A DNA stretch of 64,000 bases, taken from assembly GCA_048594375.1 (NCBI GenBank), contig JBMDXK010000009.1, positions 26,288 through 90,287 on the forward strand, written 5' to 3'. The position numbers were made by a program, and so were the translations under genes. The number at the start of each line of letters is the position of its first letter. Positions within the stretch are counted from its first letter, which is position 1. The notes under the pieces were generated by a model that saw only the letters and a program-made list of their open reading frames with translations, was not told the origin of the DNA and searched no databases. Source of the stretch: Methylopilaceae bacterium. Its GTDB lineage: Bacteria > Pseudomonadota > Alphaproteobacteria > Rhizobiales > Methylopilaceae. Of the stretch, positions 13,144 through 24,724 are shown in pieces.

Positions 13144-13249
13144 TACTCAGTCCTTGCATAAAAAACGAATTATAAAAAACTATTTAGTGAAAAAGAGTCA
13201 ACCACTATTTAGAATTAAACACAAAAAATAATGTATATTATACATAGGC

Positions 13250-14635
13250 TTAAGTGTCTAACACTTTAATAGCAGCGCGAAAAGCCTCGCCCCGCACTTC
13301 AAAATTGGGGTATTGGTCAAAAGAAGCGCAGGCGGGGGAAAGCAACACCACCGGATCAGGTTTACCACTTTGCAAGGCGTCGGCATAAGCGCGCGCTACC
13401 GCCACATCCAGCGTACCGCACGCTTCAAACGCTGCTTGTGCTTGCAGCGTTGCCGCAAATTCTTCCGTTGCTGTGCCAATCAGATAGGCTTTGGCAATTT
13501 TAGGAAAATAATCCCGCAAGGAATCAATCCCGCCGGTTTTGGGCAAGCCACCTGCAATCCAGTAAATGTTTTGAAAGCTGCTGAGCGCCCGTGCGGCAGC
13601 ATCGGCGTTGGTGGCTTTGCTGTCATTGACAAACAAAATGCCCTTACGGGTTTCCACTTGCTCCATCCGGTGCGCCAGACCGGGAAAATTGCGCAATCCA
13701 GCAACAATATCGGCGTGTCCTACCCCCAAAGCCAGCAGCGCCAACACAGCGGCGGCAGCATTTTGTGCATTGTGCGCACCGCGCAGACTGCCAATACCAT
13801 CCAGATCCACAAACAGCGTTTCGGCGCCGCCTTCGGCGCGGTAAAGTTTGGAGCCTACCGCATAGATGCCTTGCGCAACGGGATGGCGCACACTGATACG
13901 CTCCACTTTTTTGCCAGACTGTTCCAGACGGTCGGCAATGGCCGCACAATAACGATCATCCACACCCACAATAGCCGTACCTTTGGCCTCTACCTGTGCA
14001 ACAAGCCGTTCCTTAATCGCTGCATAATTCTCAAGAGTGCCATGCCGATCAAGGTGATCTTCCGTAAGATTGAGTAAAATGCCAACGGTTGGATTAAACC
14101 CCGGTGCCAGATCCATCTGATAGGATGACACTTCCAATACATGGGTGACACCGGCATGCGGCATGGGAAGTTCCAGCACAGGGGTGCCAATATTGCCGCC
14201 CAGCGCAACCTTGCGCTTTGCACTGTTCACCAGATGCGCAATCAGCGCCGTGGTTGTGGATTTGCCGTTTGTACCCGTGATAGCAACCACGGGCGAGAAC
14301 GGTGCAACCGCCATGCGCTGACGGGCAAACAGCTCCATATCGCCAATAATTTCAACACCGGCAGCGCGTGCGTGTTTAACTGTCCAGTGCGGCTCAGGAT
14401 GTGTGAGCGGTACGCCGGGTGACAGCACCAGACTGTCCAGTGCTGTCCAATCCGCATCGTGCAAATCCAGCACAGGAACACCCGCATCCTGAGCCTTTTT
14501 TACCCGCACGCCAGCATCATCCCATGCGCTGACATTCGCGCCACCTGCCACAAGGGCTTGCGCGACCGCAAAACCAGAACCACCCAATCCAAAAACAGCA
14601 ATATTTTTGCCTTGAAAGGCTGTCAGCGCAAGCAT
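13250..14635 (-). CDS. murD: UDP-N-acetylmuramoylalanine--D-glutamate ligase
   Basis: 461 aa with the Mur-ligase P-loop GTNGKSTT. Located between mraY and ftsW. Confidence 0.95.
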   Translation of the reverse strand: MLALTAFQGKNIAVFGLGGSGFAVAQALVAGGANVSAWDDAGVRVKKAQDAGVPVLDLHDADWTALDSLVLSPGVPLTHPEPHWTVKHARAAGVEIIGDMELFARQRMAVAPFSPVVAITGTNGKSTTTALIAHLVNSAKRKVALGGNIGTPVLELPMPHAGVTHVLEVSSYQMDLAPGFNPTVGILLNLTEDHLDRHGTLENYAAIKERLVAQVEAKGTAIVGVDDRYCAAIADRLEQSGKKVERISVRHPVAQGIYAVGSKLYRAEGGAETLFVDLDGIGSLRGAHNAQNAAAAVLALLALGVGHADIVAGLRNFPGLAHRMEQVETRKGILFVNDSKATNADAAARALSSFQNIYWIAGGLPKTGGIDSLRDYFPKIAKAYLIGTATEEFAATLQAQAAFEACGTLDVAVARAYADALQSGKPDPVVLLSPACASFDQYPNFEVRGEAFRAAIKVLDT

Positions 14636-14639
14636 GATG

Positions 14640-15722
14640 TTACCTCAATTTCAGGCTTGATAAACCAATCAGCGCCAGCACCACAGCCACAATCCAGAAC
14701 CGCATAACCACTTGTGGCTCAGACCAGCCCAGCTGTTCAAAATGATGATGGATGGGCGCCATTCTGAAAACACGTTTTCCCGTGAGTTTGAAAGAAACCA
14801 CTTGAATAATGACGGATGCAGCCTCCAACACAAACAGACCGCCCACAATAGCCAGAACGATTTCGTGTTTGGTTGCCACCGCCACGGAGCCAAGCAGACC
14901 GCCCAGTGCGAGCGATCCGGTATCGCCCATGAAAATCTGTGCCGGCGGTGCATTGAACCACAAGAACCCAAGGCCAGCACCCAGCACAGCCCCTAACACC
15001 ACGGCCAGTTCGCCGGTTCCAGGAACATGGTGGATTTGCAAATAGTCGGCAAAAACAATATTACCAGCCAGATAAGCAATAGCAGCAAAGCTGAGCGCGG
15101 CAATCATCACCGGAACAATCGCAAGGCCATCAAGGCCATCGGTCAGATTTACCGCATTCCCAGCACCCACAATAACCACGGCGGCAAACAGAATAAAGAA
15201 CCAGCCAAAGTTCAGCAGCACATCCTTGAGGAAAGGAATGGCCAGCGAATTGCTGAGCGAAGGAGGGCTTAACTGCGCCATAATAACAGCGGCCATGCCT
15301 GCAATCAGAAACTCTATGCCCAGGCGTGTTTTTCCAGAAACACCACGATGGCTTTGCTTGGTAACCTTCAGATAGTCATCATAAAAACCGATAAGGCCAA
15401 ACCCGAGCGTTACCGCCATCACCACCCAGACATAGGCATTGGCCAGATTGCCCCAAAGCAATACAGAAAAGGACATACCCGCCAGAATCATCAACCCGCC
15501 CATTGTGGGCGTACCGGCTTTGGAAAGGTGACTTTTGGGGCCATCGTCACGGATGGGCTGGCCTTTGCCTTGTTTGATCCGCAGAGCGCGGATGGTCATG
15601 GGACCAAAAAGAAAGACAAACATCAGCGCGGTGAGCATTGCTCCACCTGTACGGAATGTAATGTAGCGAAATACATTCAGGATGGGAAACGATGTCGAAA
15701 GTTCAGCCAGCAGGTTCAACAT
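14640..15722 (-). CDS. mraY: phospho-N-acetylmuramoyl-pentapeptide transferase
   Basis: [29 protein letters not shown]... is a typical MraY N-terminus, so the ATG at 15722 is preferred over the GTG at 15776. Confidence 0.95.
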   Translation of the reverse strand: MLNLLAELSTSFPILNVFRYITFRTGGAMLTALMFVFLFGPMTIRALRIKQGKGQPIRDDGPKSHLSKAGTPTMGGLMILAGMSFSVLLWGNLANAYVWVVMAVTLGFGLIGFYDDYLKVTKQSHRGVSGKTRLGIEFLIAGMAAVIMAQLSPPSLSNSLAIPFLKDVLLNFGWFFILFAAVVIVGAGNAVNLTDGLDGLAIVPVMIAALSFAAIAYLAGNIVFADYLQIHHVPGTGELAVVLGAVLGAGLGFLWFNAPPAQIFMGDTGSLALGGLLGSVAVATKHEIVLAIVGGLFVLEAASVIIQVVSFKLTGKRVFRMAPIHHHFEQLGWSEPQVVMRFWIVAVVLALIGLSSLKLR

Positions 15723-16027
15723 GGAAAAGAACGCACTCTCAATCAGGAGGGATAAAAGGCACATTAAACGCTGCACCTCAGCGCAGCACTCTAGCTTTAT
15801 CCTGACCGCTCCCGTTAATCAATCAGCCAGCATGAGTTATCCCAACTTCAGCCATATATGCGCACCTTTCTCCCATCTGTGGTATAATTAACAGTAATTA
15901 AATGAGATGATCGACAAAGATATTGATTTAAACAAAAAATACCATTAAATTTATTTAATATTTTTTAATATTAAAAATTTTTAACTTGAATTTATTAGTT
16001 AAGTTATTACAGTTAAACGGAGTTTAT

Positions 16028-16990
16028 ATGCTTCCTCCAATGCGTTTTTCCCCTGTAGAGTTTTCTAGTACACACTATACACATACAGGCGGAAGCGAAT
16101 TTGATAACATAGTCTTGAGTGGTCCTGTCGCAGAAAAAATTGGATTGGCTGCGCAATACAACCGCCTACCCGAACTGCACCGGATGGATACGTTTTTAAA
16201 GGATACATCATCCGATATGAACATCAGCTTCAAGACCCCTGAACAGACGATGGCGTTTCTCGATGAGTCTGCCAAGGATCGAGAAATGAGTCCAGGCTTT
16301 AGAGAATATTTTACACAGATGCATAGTGGCCCTATTCCGCCTGCAGAAGTTATCCCACTCCATGGCAAGAGCAAGCAACTGTTCATGGAAGGAGAAAGCG
16401 GACACGCATTTACAGGTCTTGTCCGCATAAGTGTCAAGGATAGTGTAGCTCCCTCTGAAAATAGCTCTCTTTTACCTTCAGAAAACAATTTGAAAGTAGA
16501 AGCATCTCAACAGCGGGGACCTGAAGGAAAAACATATAAAATTTTTCTCGCCCCTGTGCAGCCGTCTATCGGAGGCAGTATGGATGAAAGCAAGATATAT
16601 GCCGTAAAAGAGCCTGATACAGAAAAAACTTACAGCATATACAGTACACAGCCGATACAGTTCAAAGCCTTGCATCATAATAAAAACAATCCTGATGGTT
16701 GGAGAGGTCCAACGGCACACAGTCAGCTCATGAATATAATAGAAAGAAAAGAAAATAATAAATCAGAGAGCCAAAAAGGAAAGTACGTTGCGTTTACAGT
16801 TGTAAAAGGAAAAATTGCAGATGGTGCAGTAAATCAGTACACTTTTACATCGGGAACAATTCATCTTGGGGGTTTTCCAGAACTTAAAACGCGCGAGGCT
16901 CCTGAGGAATGGCAAAATGTCATTCAGGATACCTTTGACCAGCTGTCGCGTGAGGAGTGGCAGAAAAATAACAGTGTCACATGGCCCTGA
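16028..16990 (+). CDS. hypothetical protein (orphan, AT-rich islet; candidate secreted effector)
   Basis: 320 aa from the ATG at 16028 (ggag SD 7 nt upstream). No signal peptide, TM segment or recognisable domain. It lies where murF would normally precede mraY. Confidence 0.65.
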   Translation: MLPPMRFSPVEFSSTHYTHTGGSEFDNIVLSGPVAEKIGLAAQYNRLPELHRMDTFLKDTSSDMNISFKTPEQTMAFLDESAKDREMSPGFREYFTQMHSGPIPPAEVIPLHGKSKQLFMEGESGHAFTGLVRISVKDSVAPSENSSLLPSENNLKVEASQQRGPEGKTYKIFLAPVQPSIGGSMDESKIYAVKEPDTEKTYSIYSTQPIQFKALHHNKNNPDGWRGPTAHSQLMNIIERKENNKSESQKGKYVAFTVVKGKIADGAVNQYTFTSGTIHLGGFPELKTREAPEEWQNVIQDTFDQLSREEWQKNNSVTWP

Positions 16991-17103
16991 TTGGAATATT
17001 AAGTACGGCTAAAAAAGGACAAAGGCATTTTTCCTTTGTTTCGCTCGCCAAAATCGGTTAAGCAAAGAACTGTTTTTTCCCTTTTGTCGAGTCTGTCTTT
17101 TCC

Positions 17104-18525
17104 ATGAAACTTCCCCGCGATATAGGCCCCATCCATTTTGTTGGTATTGGCGGCATTGGTATGAGTGGCATTGCTGAAGTGCTGGTGAATCTTGGATACA
17201 CCGTGCAGGGGTCAGATGTGGCGGAAAGCGCCAATGTTCGCCGTCTACGCGAAAAAGGCATTGCCGTGAGCATTGGCCATGCCGCAGAAAACCTGAAAGG
17301 CGCGGAAGTCATCGTGATTTCTTCCGCTATCAAGGGAGATAATCCGGAATTACAGGCTGCCCGGGCGCAGCGTCTGCCGGTGGTGCGACGTGCGGAAATG
17401 CTAGCCGAACTGATGCGCTTTAAAAACGCCATCGCCATTGCCGGAACCCATGGCAAAACCACCACAACTTCGCTGGTGGCTGCGCTGCTTGATGCCGGCA
17501 GCTTTGATCCGACGGTCATTAACGGCGGCATTATCAACGCTTATGGCACCAATGCCCGCATGGGAAATGGCGAGTGGATGGTGGTGGAAGCCGATGAATC
17601 CGACGGCACCTTTCTCAAGTTGCCAGCCGATGTGGCCGTTGTCACCAACATTGACCCTGAACATCTGGATCATTTCGGCTCTTATGATGCCATCAAGGCA
17701 GCCTTTAAAACCTTTGTGGAAAATGTGCCGTTTTACGGTTTTGCCGTGATGTGTCTTGACCATCCTGTGGTGCAGGAACTGGTGGGGCAAGTGGAAGACC
17801 GCCGGATCATTACTTATGGAGAGAATCCGCAAGCCGATGTGCGTTTGCAGCGCATTGACCTTAAGGGTGGTGTCTGCCGTTTTGCTGTGCAAATCCGTGG
17901 CCGTGATAACGAAGACGAACTGCTGATTGATGATCTGGTGCTGCCTATGCCCGGACATCACAATGCACTCAATGCAACCGCTGCTATTGCGGTGGCTCAC
18001 CAGATGGGCGTAAAAGCGGATGCCATTCGTGATGCTCTGGGTAAATTTGGAGGCGTAAAACGCCGCTTTACCCGTACCGGCGAATGGAATGGCGTGCAGA
18101 TTTTTGACGATTATGCGCATCATCCTGTTGAAATTGCCGCGGTGCTGCGTGCGGCACGCGCCTCCACTGACGGGCGCGTGATTTCTGTTGTGCAACCGCA
18201 CCGTTATTCGCGTCTGGCAAGCCTGTTTGATGGTTTTTCCACCTGCTTCAACGATGCCGATGTGGTGATTGTGGCCGATGTTTATGCGGCCGGTGAAGCG
18301 CCACTGGAAGGCGCAAGCCGGGATGATCTGGTGCAAGGGCTGCGGGCGCGTGGGCATCGCAATGTGGTGCCGCTGGCAAAATCGGAAGATCTGGCCGACT
18401 TGATTTCCGCCATGGCGCGTCCTGAGGATTATGTGGTCTGCGTGGGGGCTGGTTCCATTACCCAATGGGCTTATGCGTTGCCGGAACAACTCAGCGAAAG
18501 ACCCGCGAAAGAAGGTGCAGCATGA
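17104..18525 (+). CDS. murC: UDP-N-acetylmuramate--L-alanine ligase
   Basis: 473 aa with [18 protein letters not shown] and the GTHGKTTT P-loop. Confidence 0.96.
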   Translation: MKLPRDIGPIHFVGIGGIGMSGIAEVLVNLGYTVQGSDVAESANVRRLREKGIAVSIGHAAENLKGAEVIVISSAIKGDNPELQAARAQRLPVVRRAEMLAELMRFKNAIAIAGTHGKTTTTSLVAALLDAGSFDPTVINGGIINAYGTNARMGNGEWMVVEADESDGTFLKLPADVAVVTNIDPEHLDHFGSYDAIKAAFKTFVENVPFYGFAVMCLDHPVVQELVGQVEDRRIITYGENPQADVRLQRIDLKGGVCRFAVQIRGRDNEDELLIDDLVLPMPGHHNALNATAAIAVAHQMGVKADAIRDALGKFGGVKRRFTRTGEWNGVQIFDDYAHHPVEIAAVLRAARASTDGRVISVVQPHRYSRLASLFDGFSTCFNDADVVIVADVYAAGEAPLEGASRDDLVQGLRARGHRNVVPLAKSEDLADLISAMARPEDYVVCVGAGSITQWAYALPEQLSERPAKEGAA

Positions 18526-19442
18526 GCCGTACGCTGGCGCAGGATATTGCGAGCTGGATGCCCGAATTGCGTGGGCGGGTGCTGGAAAACACGCCACTTG
18601 CGGATGTCACATGGTTTCGCGTGGGTGGCCCTGCCGATGTGCTGTTTACACCGGAAGATGAAGATGACTTGCGTTATTTTATGCAAAATCTTCCGCCAGA
18701 AGTGCCGGTAATGCCTATCGGCGTGGGCTCCAATCTGCTGGTGCGCGATGGCGGTATGCGCGGCGTGGTTATTCGTCTGGGGCGCGGGTTTTCAAAAATT
18801 AATATTGAAGAGGGCTATCGTGTGCGCAGCGGCACCGCAGTGCCGGATGTTAAAGTTGCGCGTGCGGCCGGTGAAGCGGGTATTGACGGCCTGACTTTTT
18901 ACCGCGGTATTCCGGGCTGTATTGGCGGGGCGCTGCGCATGAATGCTGGCGCTTATGGCGGTGAAACAAAAGATGTGCTGGTTGAAGCCCGCGCCGTGGA
19001 TCGGCAAGGCAATCTGCATATTCTCACAAACGCCGATTTTGGTTATGCTTACCGGCATTCCAATGTACCGCAAGATATGGTGTTTACCGAAGCACTGTTT
19101 CAAGGTTTCGCAGGCGATAGCGCTGCTCTTATTGCTGAAATGCAGGGCATTACGGAAAGACGCGAGAAAACCCAGCCGGTGAAAAGCCGCACAGGTGGTT
19201 CCACGTTTAAAAATCCGCAAGGGCATAAATCATGGCAACTGATTGATGCTGCGGGATGCCGCGGTATGAAAATCGGCGATGCGCAAGTTTCGGAATTGCA
19301 CTGCAATTTTCTGCTCAATCTTGGCAGTGCTACTGCGCAAGACATTGAGACGCTGGGCGAAACCGTGCGTTCAAAAGTGCTGGCCAATTCCGGCGTGCAG
19401 CTTGAATGGGAAATCAAGCGGCTGGGTGAAGCTGTCGCCTAA
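18522..19442 (+). CDS. murB: UDP-N-acetylenolpyruvoylglucosamine reductase
   Basis: [46 protein letters not shown] overlap with the murC stop. Confidence 0.95.
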   Translation: MSRTLAQDIASWMPELRGRVLENTPLADVTWFRVGGPADVLFTPEDEDDLRYFMQNLPPEVPVMPIGVGSNLLVRDGGMRGVVIRLGRGFSKINIEEGYRVRSGTAVPDVKVARAAGEAGIDGLTFYRGIPGCIGGALRMNAGAYGGETKDVLVEARAVDRQGNLHILTNADFGYAYRHSNVPQDMVFTEALFQGFAGDSAALIAEMQGITERREKTQPVKSRTGGSTFKNPQGHKSWQLIDAAGCRGMKIGDAQVSELHCNFLLNLGSATAQDIETLGETVRSKVLANSGVQLEWEIKRLGEAVA

Positions 19443-19519
19443 CCAAGAGCAACCTTATCTTTCTGAAAAGGTTGTCTTCATAACAGTTGAGTGTGCAAAG
19501 ACGTAAAGGGAGGCGGCTT

Positions 19520-20935
19520 ATGGAAGAAATACTGTTGTCTGAGCCGCCCCTTACGGCGGAGCCTCATACCAGCTTGCCGCGGGATGAAAACGGCCATATT
19601 ACGCAGAAATATCTTGATCTCGTCACGGTTGCGCTGCTTTCCGCTGATGCCGATGCGCTTATGTTTCTGGCCGGCAGTCTGCATGAAGCGGATATGGGCG
19701 AGCTGATTGCTGAGCTTGCGCCGGATTTGCGTACCAAACTTATTGAGCTTTTAGGCGAAGAATTCGATTTTGCCGCTCTTACTGAACTTGATGAGACGAT
19801 CCGTGTTGCACTTATTGAGCAACTTCCCGTGCAGACCGTCGCAGAAGGTGTGCGCGAGCTTGATTCCGATGATGCGGTTTATATTCTTGAAGACCTTGAT
19901 GCCAAAGACCGTGCGGAAATTCTTGATCTTCTGCCGCCTCCGGAGCGGGTAGCCCTCACCCGTTCGCTGGATTATCCGGAAGATTCCGCAGGCCGTCTGA
20001 TGCAGACGGATTTTATTGCCATACCGCCGTTCTGGACTGTGGGGCAAACGCTGGCCTTTGTGCGCACAGATGAATCGTTGCCCGACGAATTTTATGAAAT
20101 CAATGTTGTGGATCCTGGATACAAGCTGATTGGCACCGTATCGCTGGACACCATGTTGCGTTCGGCAGCAGATATCCGCATGGATAAAATCATGCGTGAT
20201 GATCGCCGCATTGTGGAAGCAACCCAGGATCAGGAAGACGCTGCCCGGCTCTTTCAACGCTATAATCTTGTTTCCGCGCCGGTGGTCGATGAGCATGAGC
20301 GGCTGGTGGGCGTTCTCATGATCGATGACATTGTGGACGTTATTCAGGAAGAAGCCGACGAAGACATCCGCGCTATGGGCGGCGTGGTCAGCGATGAGGA
20401 AATCTCCGACAAGGTTATCTATACGGCGCGTGCGCGGTTGCCCTGGCTGGTTGTCAATCTGTTTACGGCATTCATCGCGGCCAGTGTCATCGGGTTTTTT
20501 AATGACAGCATTGAAAAAATGGTGGCTCTGGCAATTCTTATGCCGATTGTTGCTTCCATGGGCGGCAATGCGGGAACACAAGCCATGACGGTAACTGTAC
20601 GCGCTCTTTCTGCCAGAGAAATTGGTGGGCGCGGGGCGCGGCGGGTTATCCTCCGTGAAATTCTCGTGGGCGTGCTGAATGGAGCGATTCTTGCCGTCAT
20701 ACTTGGAGCTATCGCCGCTCTCGTATTCACAAACCTTCAGCTGGGTATTGTGATCGGCATGGCTTTGGTTGTGAATATGTTCATCGCGGGTTTTTTTGGC
20801 GCAGCGGTGCCTTTATTGCTCAACCGCCTGAAAGTTGATCCCGCTGTGGCATCCAGCGTTTTTCTCACAACCATTACAGATTGCATTGGATTTCTGGCGT
20901 TTCTGGGGCTTGCATCGTGGTGGTTCGGTCTATAA
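19520..20935 (+). CDS. mgtE: magnesium transporter MgtE
   Basis: N-terminal MgtE_N plus CBS region and a C-terminal five-helix membrane domain. The ATG at 19520 follows an aaagggagg SD. Confidence 0.9.
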   Translation: MEEILLSEPPLTAEPHTSLPRDENGHITQKYLDLVTVALLSADADALMFLAGSLHEADMGELIAELAPDLRTKLIELLGEEFDFAALTELDETIRVALIEQLPVQTVAEGVRELDSDDAVYILEDLDAKDRAEILDLLPPPERVALTRSLDYPEDSAGRLMQTDFIAIPPFWTVGQTLAFVRTDESLPDEFYEINVVDPGYKLIGTVSLDTMLRSAADIRMDKIMRDDRRIVEATQDQEDAARLFQRYNLVSAPVVDEHERLVGVLMIDDIVDVIQEEADEDIRAMGGVVSDEEISDKVIYTARARLPWLVVNLFTAFIAASVIGFFNDSIEKMVALAILMPIVASMGGNAGTQAMTVTVRALSAREIGGRGARRVILREILVGVLNGAILAVILGAIAALVFTNLQLGIVIGMALVVNMFIAGFFGAAVPLLLNRLKVDPAVASSVFLTTITDCIGFLAFLGLASWWFGL

Positions 20936-21008
20936 AAAGAGAGCATAGTACCGTTCCCGCAGGATTCTTTTGTTGGCATAGCCGTTGTGGATGGGTCTAT
21001 TGAGCGAA

Positions 21009-21096
21009 GTTTCAATAAAATGGTCATTTTATTGGATTAAACTCTGCGATAAAACAAAGACTTACAGCCTGTGGCATACAATCATTTTATATGTCT
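21009..21096. repeat. dispersed intergenic repeat (motif B gtttcaataaaatggtcattttattggattaaac plus motif A)
   Basis: Motif B (21009-21042) matches 25655-25688 at 30 of 34 nt. Motif A (21048-21096) matches 8636-8685. Confidence 0.65.
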
Positions 21097-21266
21097 TGGG
21101 GTATATCTGAAATAAAGGCTGGAAAGCAGACTTACAGTGGTGTAAGAAAACGGCAGTCTCAGGTAAAAATATATGCCTGTGAATCTTTTCCATCTTTTGA
21201 TGAATTTTTGTTCCGATACCGCATCCCGTTTTCAGGTGATGCACCAACCTGATAAAGAAATACCTG

Positions 21267-21791
21267 ATGCAAAGCGTTCTTATCATTATCCATCTGATTG
21301 TTGTTGCAGCATTGATTGTTCTTGTGCTGGTGCAACGTTCCGAAGGGGGCGGTCTTGGAATTGGCGGCGGGGGCAGCGGTCTTTCATCCACCCGCGCACA
21401 GGCAACGGCACTTGGGCGTACCACTATGGTGCTGGGCGTATTGTTCTTTGTCAGCTGTATCGGCATGGCAATTCTGGCAACCTATATGAGCAGACCCAGC
21501 TCGATTCTTGATGGTGCTGGCGGCGCACCCGCAACGCAAGGCGGCGGGGGTCTCCTGAATCAGCTCAGAGGCAGCGATGCCGCTCCTCCGCAACCCGCAC
21601 CACAACCGCAAGCGCCTTCAGCCCCGGTTTCCGGTCAGCAAACAACACCGGCGCCACAAGCACCTGTTGCGCCTCCTGTGGGAACACAAGTACCACAAAA
21701 CAATGATGCAGGCAGCAATACGCAACCCTTGACGCCGGATGCCTTCGACACACCGGCACCGCCTGCCACCACAGAGCCTGTTGCACCCTGA
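21267..21791 (+). CDS. secG: preprotein translocase subunit SecG with a long Pro/Ala/Gln-rich C-terminal tail
   Basis: The N-terminal ~75 aa are a typical SecG (MQSVLIIIHLIVVAALIVLVLVQRSEGGGLG, second TM). They are followed by ~100 aa of low-complexity sequence (AAPPQPAPQPQAPSAPVSGQQTTPAPQAPVAPP...). Confidence 0.9.
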   Translation: MQSVLIIIHLIVVAALIVLVLVQRSEGGGLGIGGGGSGLSSTRAQATALGRTTMVLGVLFFVSCIGMAILATYMSRPSSILDGAGGAPATQGGGGLLNQLRGSDAAPPQPAPQPQAPSAPVSGQQTTPAPQAPVAPPVGTQVPQNNDAGSNTQPLTPDAFDTPAPPATTEPVAP

Positions 21792-21809
21792 TGGGATAAA
21801 CCGTATTTT

Positions 21810-21846
21810 GCCCTGCCTTATAATCAAGGCAGGGTAAGCTTTTTTG
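21810..21846 (+). terminator. probable terminator after secG
   Basis: Stem ccctgcctt / aaggcaggg with a 6-nt loop. The T-run begins 5 nt after the stem, so this is not a textbook terminator. Confidence 0.45.
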
Positions 21847-21865
21847 TTTTTTGTTGATGAATTGA

Positions 21866-23509
<1,644 letters not shown>

Positions 23510-23593
23510 CGGCATTTGAATACGAGAGTGGTTTCAATGAGAAACTTTATATGAAACCACTCTAAATTTTTGTTTTTACGCAATTTTAGCTTC

Positions 23594-23657
23594 GCTACCC
23601 TTAGGGCAACGCAAAGCCGTAAAAACCGCATATACCTGTGCCGAAATTGCTATAAAT
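23594..23657. repeat. dispersed intergenic repeat (motif C gctacccttagggcaac ... gaaattgctataaat)
   Basis: See 10316-10377 and 8597-8613. The tgctataaat part also resembles an extended -10 element just upstream of kdsA. Confidence 0.6.
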
Positions 23658-23671
23658 AATGTGAGGTTCTG

Positions 23672-24532
23672 ATGAACACAATGGCTCCTGTAAAGCAAGT
23701 GCATGTTAACGCTGGCGCTGTCCGGTTTGGCAATGATCTGCCACTGGCCATTATTGCAGGCCCCTGCGCTATGGAAAGCCGTGAACATGCCTTGGAAATG
23801 GCAACGGCACTGAAAGAAATCACAACCAAACTTGGTATTGGCTTTGTTTTCAAAAGTTCATTCGACAAAGCCAACCGCACCAGTGCCAGTGCCAAACGTG
23901 GCCTTGGTATTGATGCTGCGGTAAAGATTTTTGCAGAAGTGCGTGAAAGTCTGAATGTGCCAGTGCTGACCGATGTGCATGAAAATGAACAATGCGCTAT
24001 TCTTAAAGATGCCGTGGATGTGCTGCAAATTCCGGCGTTTTTGTGCCGCCAGACGGATTTACTGCTTGCTGCGGCTGCAACAGGTCTTGTGGTGAATGTT
24101 AAAAAAGGCCAGTTTCTGGCACCTTGGGATATGAAAAACGTCGTGGCCAAGGTGCGCGATGCAGGCAACCCCAATGTTATGGTCACAGAGCGCGGGGCAA
24201 GTTTTGGCTACAATACACTGGTAACCGATATGCGGGGATTGCAAATTATGGCAAAAACCGGCGCGCCAGTGATTTTTGACGCAACCCACAGCGTGCAGCA
24301 GCCGGGCGGTCAGGGAACCTCTTCCGGTGGGCAGCGGGAATTTGTGCCGGTGCTTGCTCGTGCAGCGGTCTCTCTTGGTGTGGCAGGCGTGTTTCTGGAA
24401 ACACACGCTGATCCCGATAAAGCGTGGTCAGATGGCCCTAACATGGTGCCTTTGCATCAGGTGGAAGCCCTTCTTGCAGAACTGCAAGCCTTTGATGCGC
24501 TTTCTAAAAGCTTTCCACCATTTACGGTGTAG
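23672..24532 (+). CDS. kdsA: 3-deoxy-8-phosphooctulonate synthase
   Basis: 286 aa with [14 protein letters not shown]...; the pyrG-kdsA adjacency is common in alphaproteobacteria. Confidence 0.95.
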   Translation: MNTMAPVKQVHVNAGAVRFGNDLPLAIIAGPCAMESREHALEMATALKEITTKLGIGFVFKSSFDKANRTSASAKRGLGIDAAVKIFAEVRESLNVPVLTDVHENEQCAILKDAVDVLQIPAFLCRQTDLLLAAAATGLVVNVKKGQFLAPWDMKNVVAKVRDAGNPNVMVTERGASFGYNTLVTDMRGLQIMAKTGAPVIFDATHSVQQPGGQGTSSGGQREFVPVLARAAVSLGVAGVFLETHADPDKAWSDGPNMVPLHQVEALLAELQAFDALSKSFPPFTV

Positions 24533-24596
24533 CGTTGATTACCAAAACCATAGCCAGCACCCAGCGTAGCTAAAATTGCTTGAAAACAATACCCTG

Positions 24597-24634
24597 TAGC
24601 GGGTTCAATGTAAATTTATTAGTTGAACCCGCTA
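24597..24634. terminator. 12-bp hairpin between convergent kdsA and the SET-like ORF (possible bidirectional terminator)
   Basis: tagcgggttcaa (24597-24608) pairs with ttgaacccgcta (24623-24634). T-rich tracts follow on both strands, but neither is a clean U-run. Confidence 0.4.
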
Positions 24635-24724
24635 TAATCGTTTTATGTGAGCCTTATGAGAAGATCTCTATGTTTTACCCATGGGATATTGTGCGGCAAC
24701 AGAATTATCACAGTTGATTTATTA

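Noticed and set aside
21062-21511. ORFs 21062-21466 (minus) and 21173-21511 (plus) overlapping secG
   Set aside because: They overlap the clearly conserved SecG frame or the repeat-containing spacer. There is no independent support for them.
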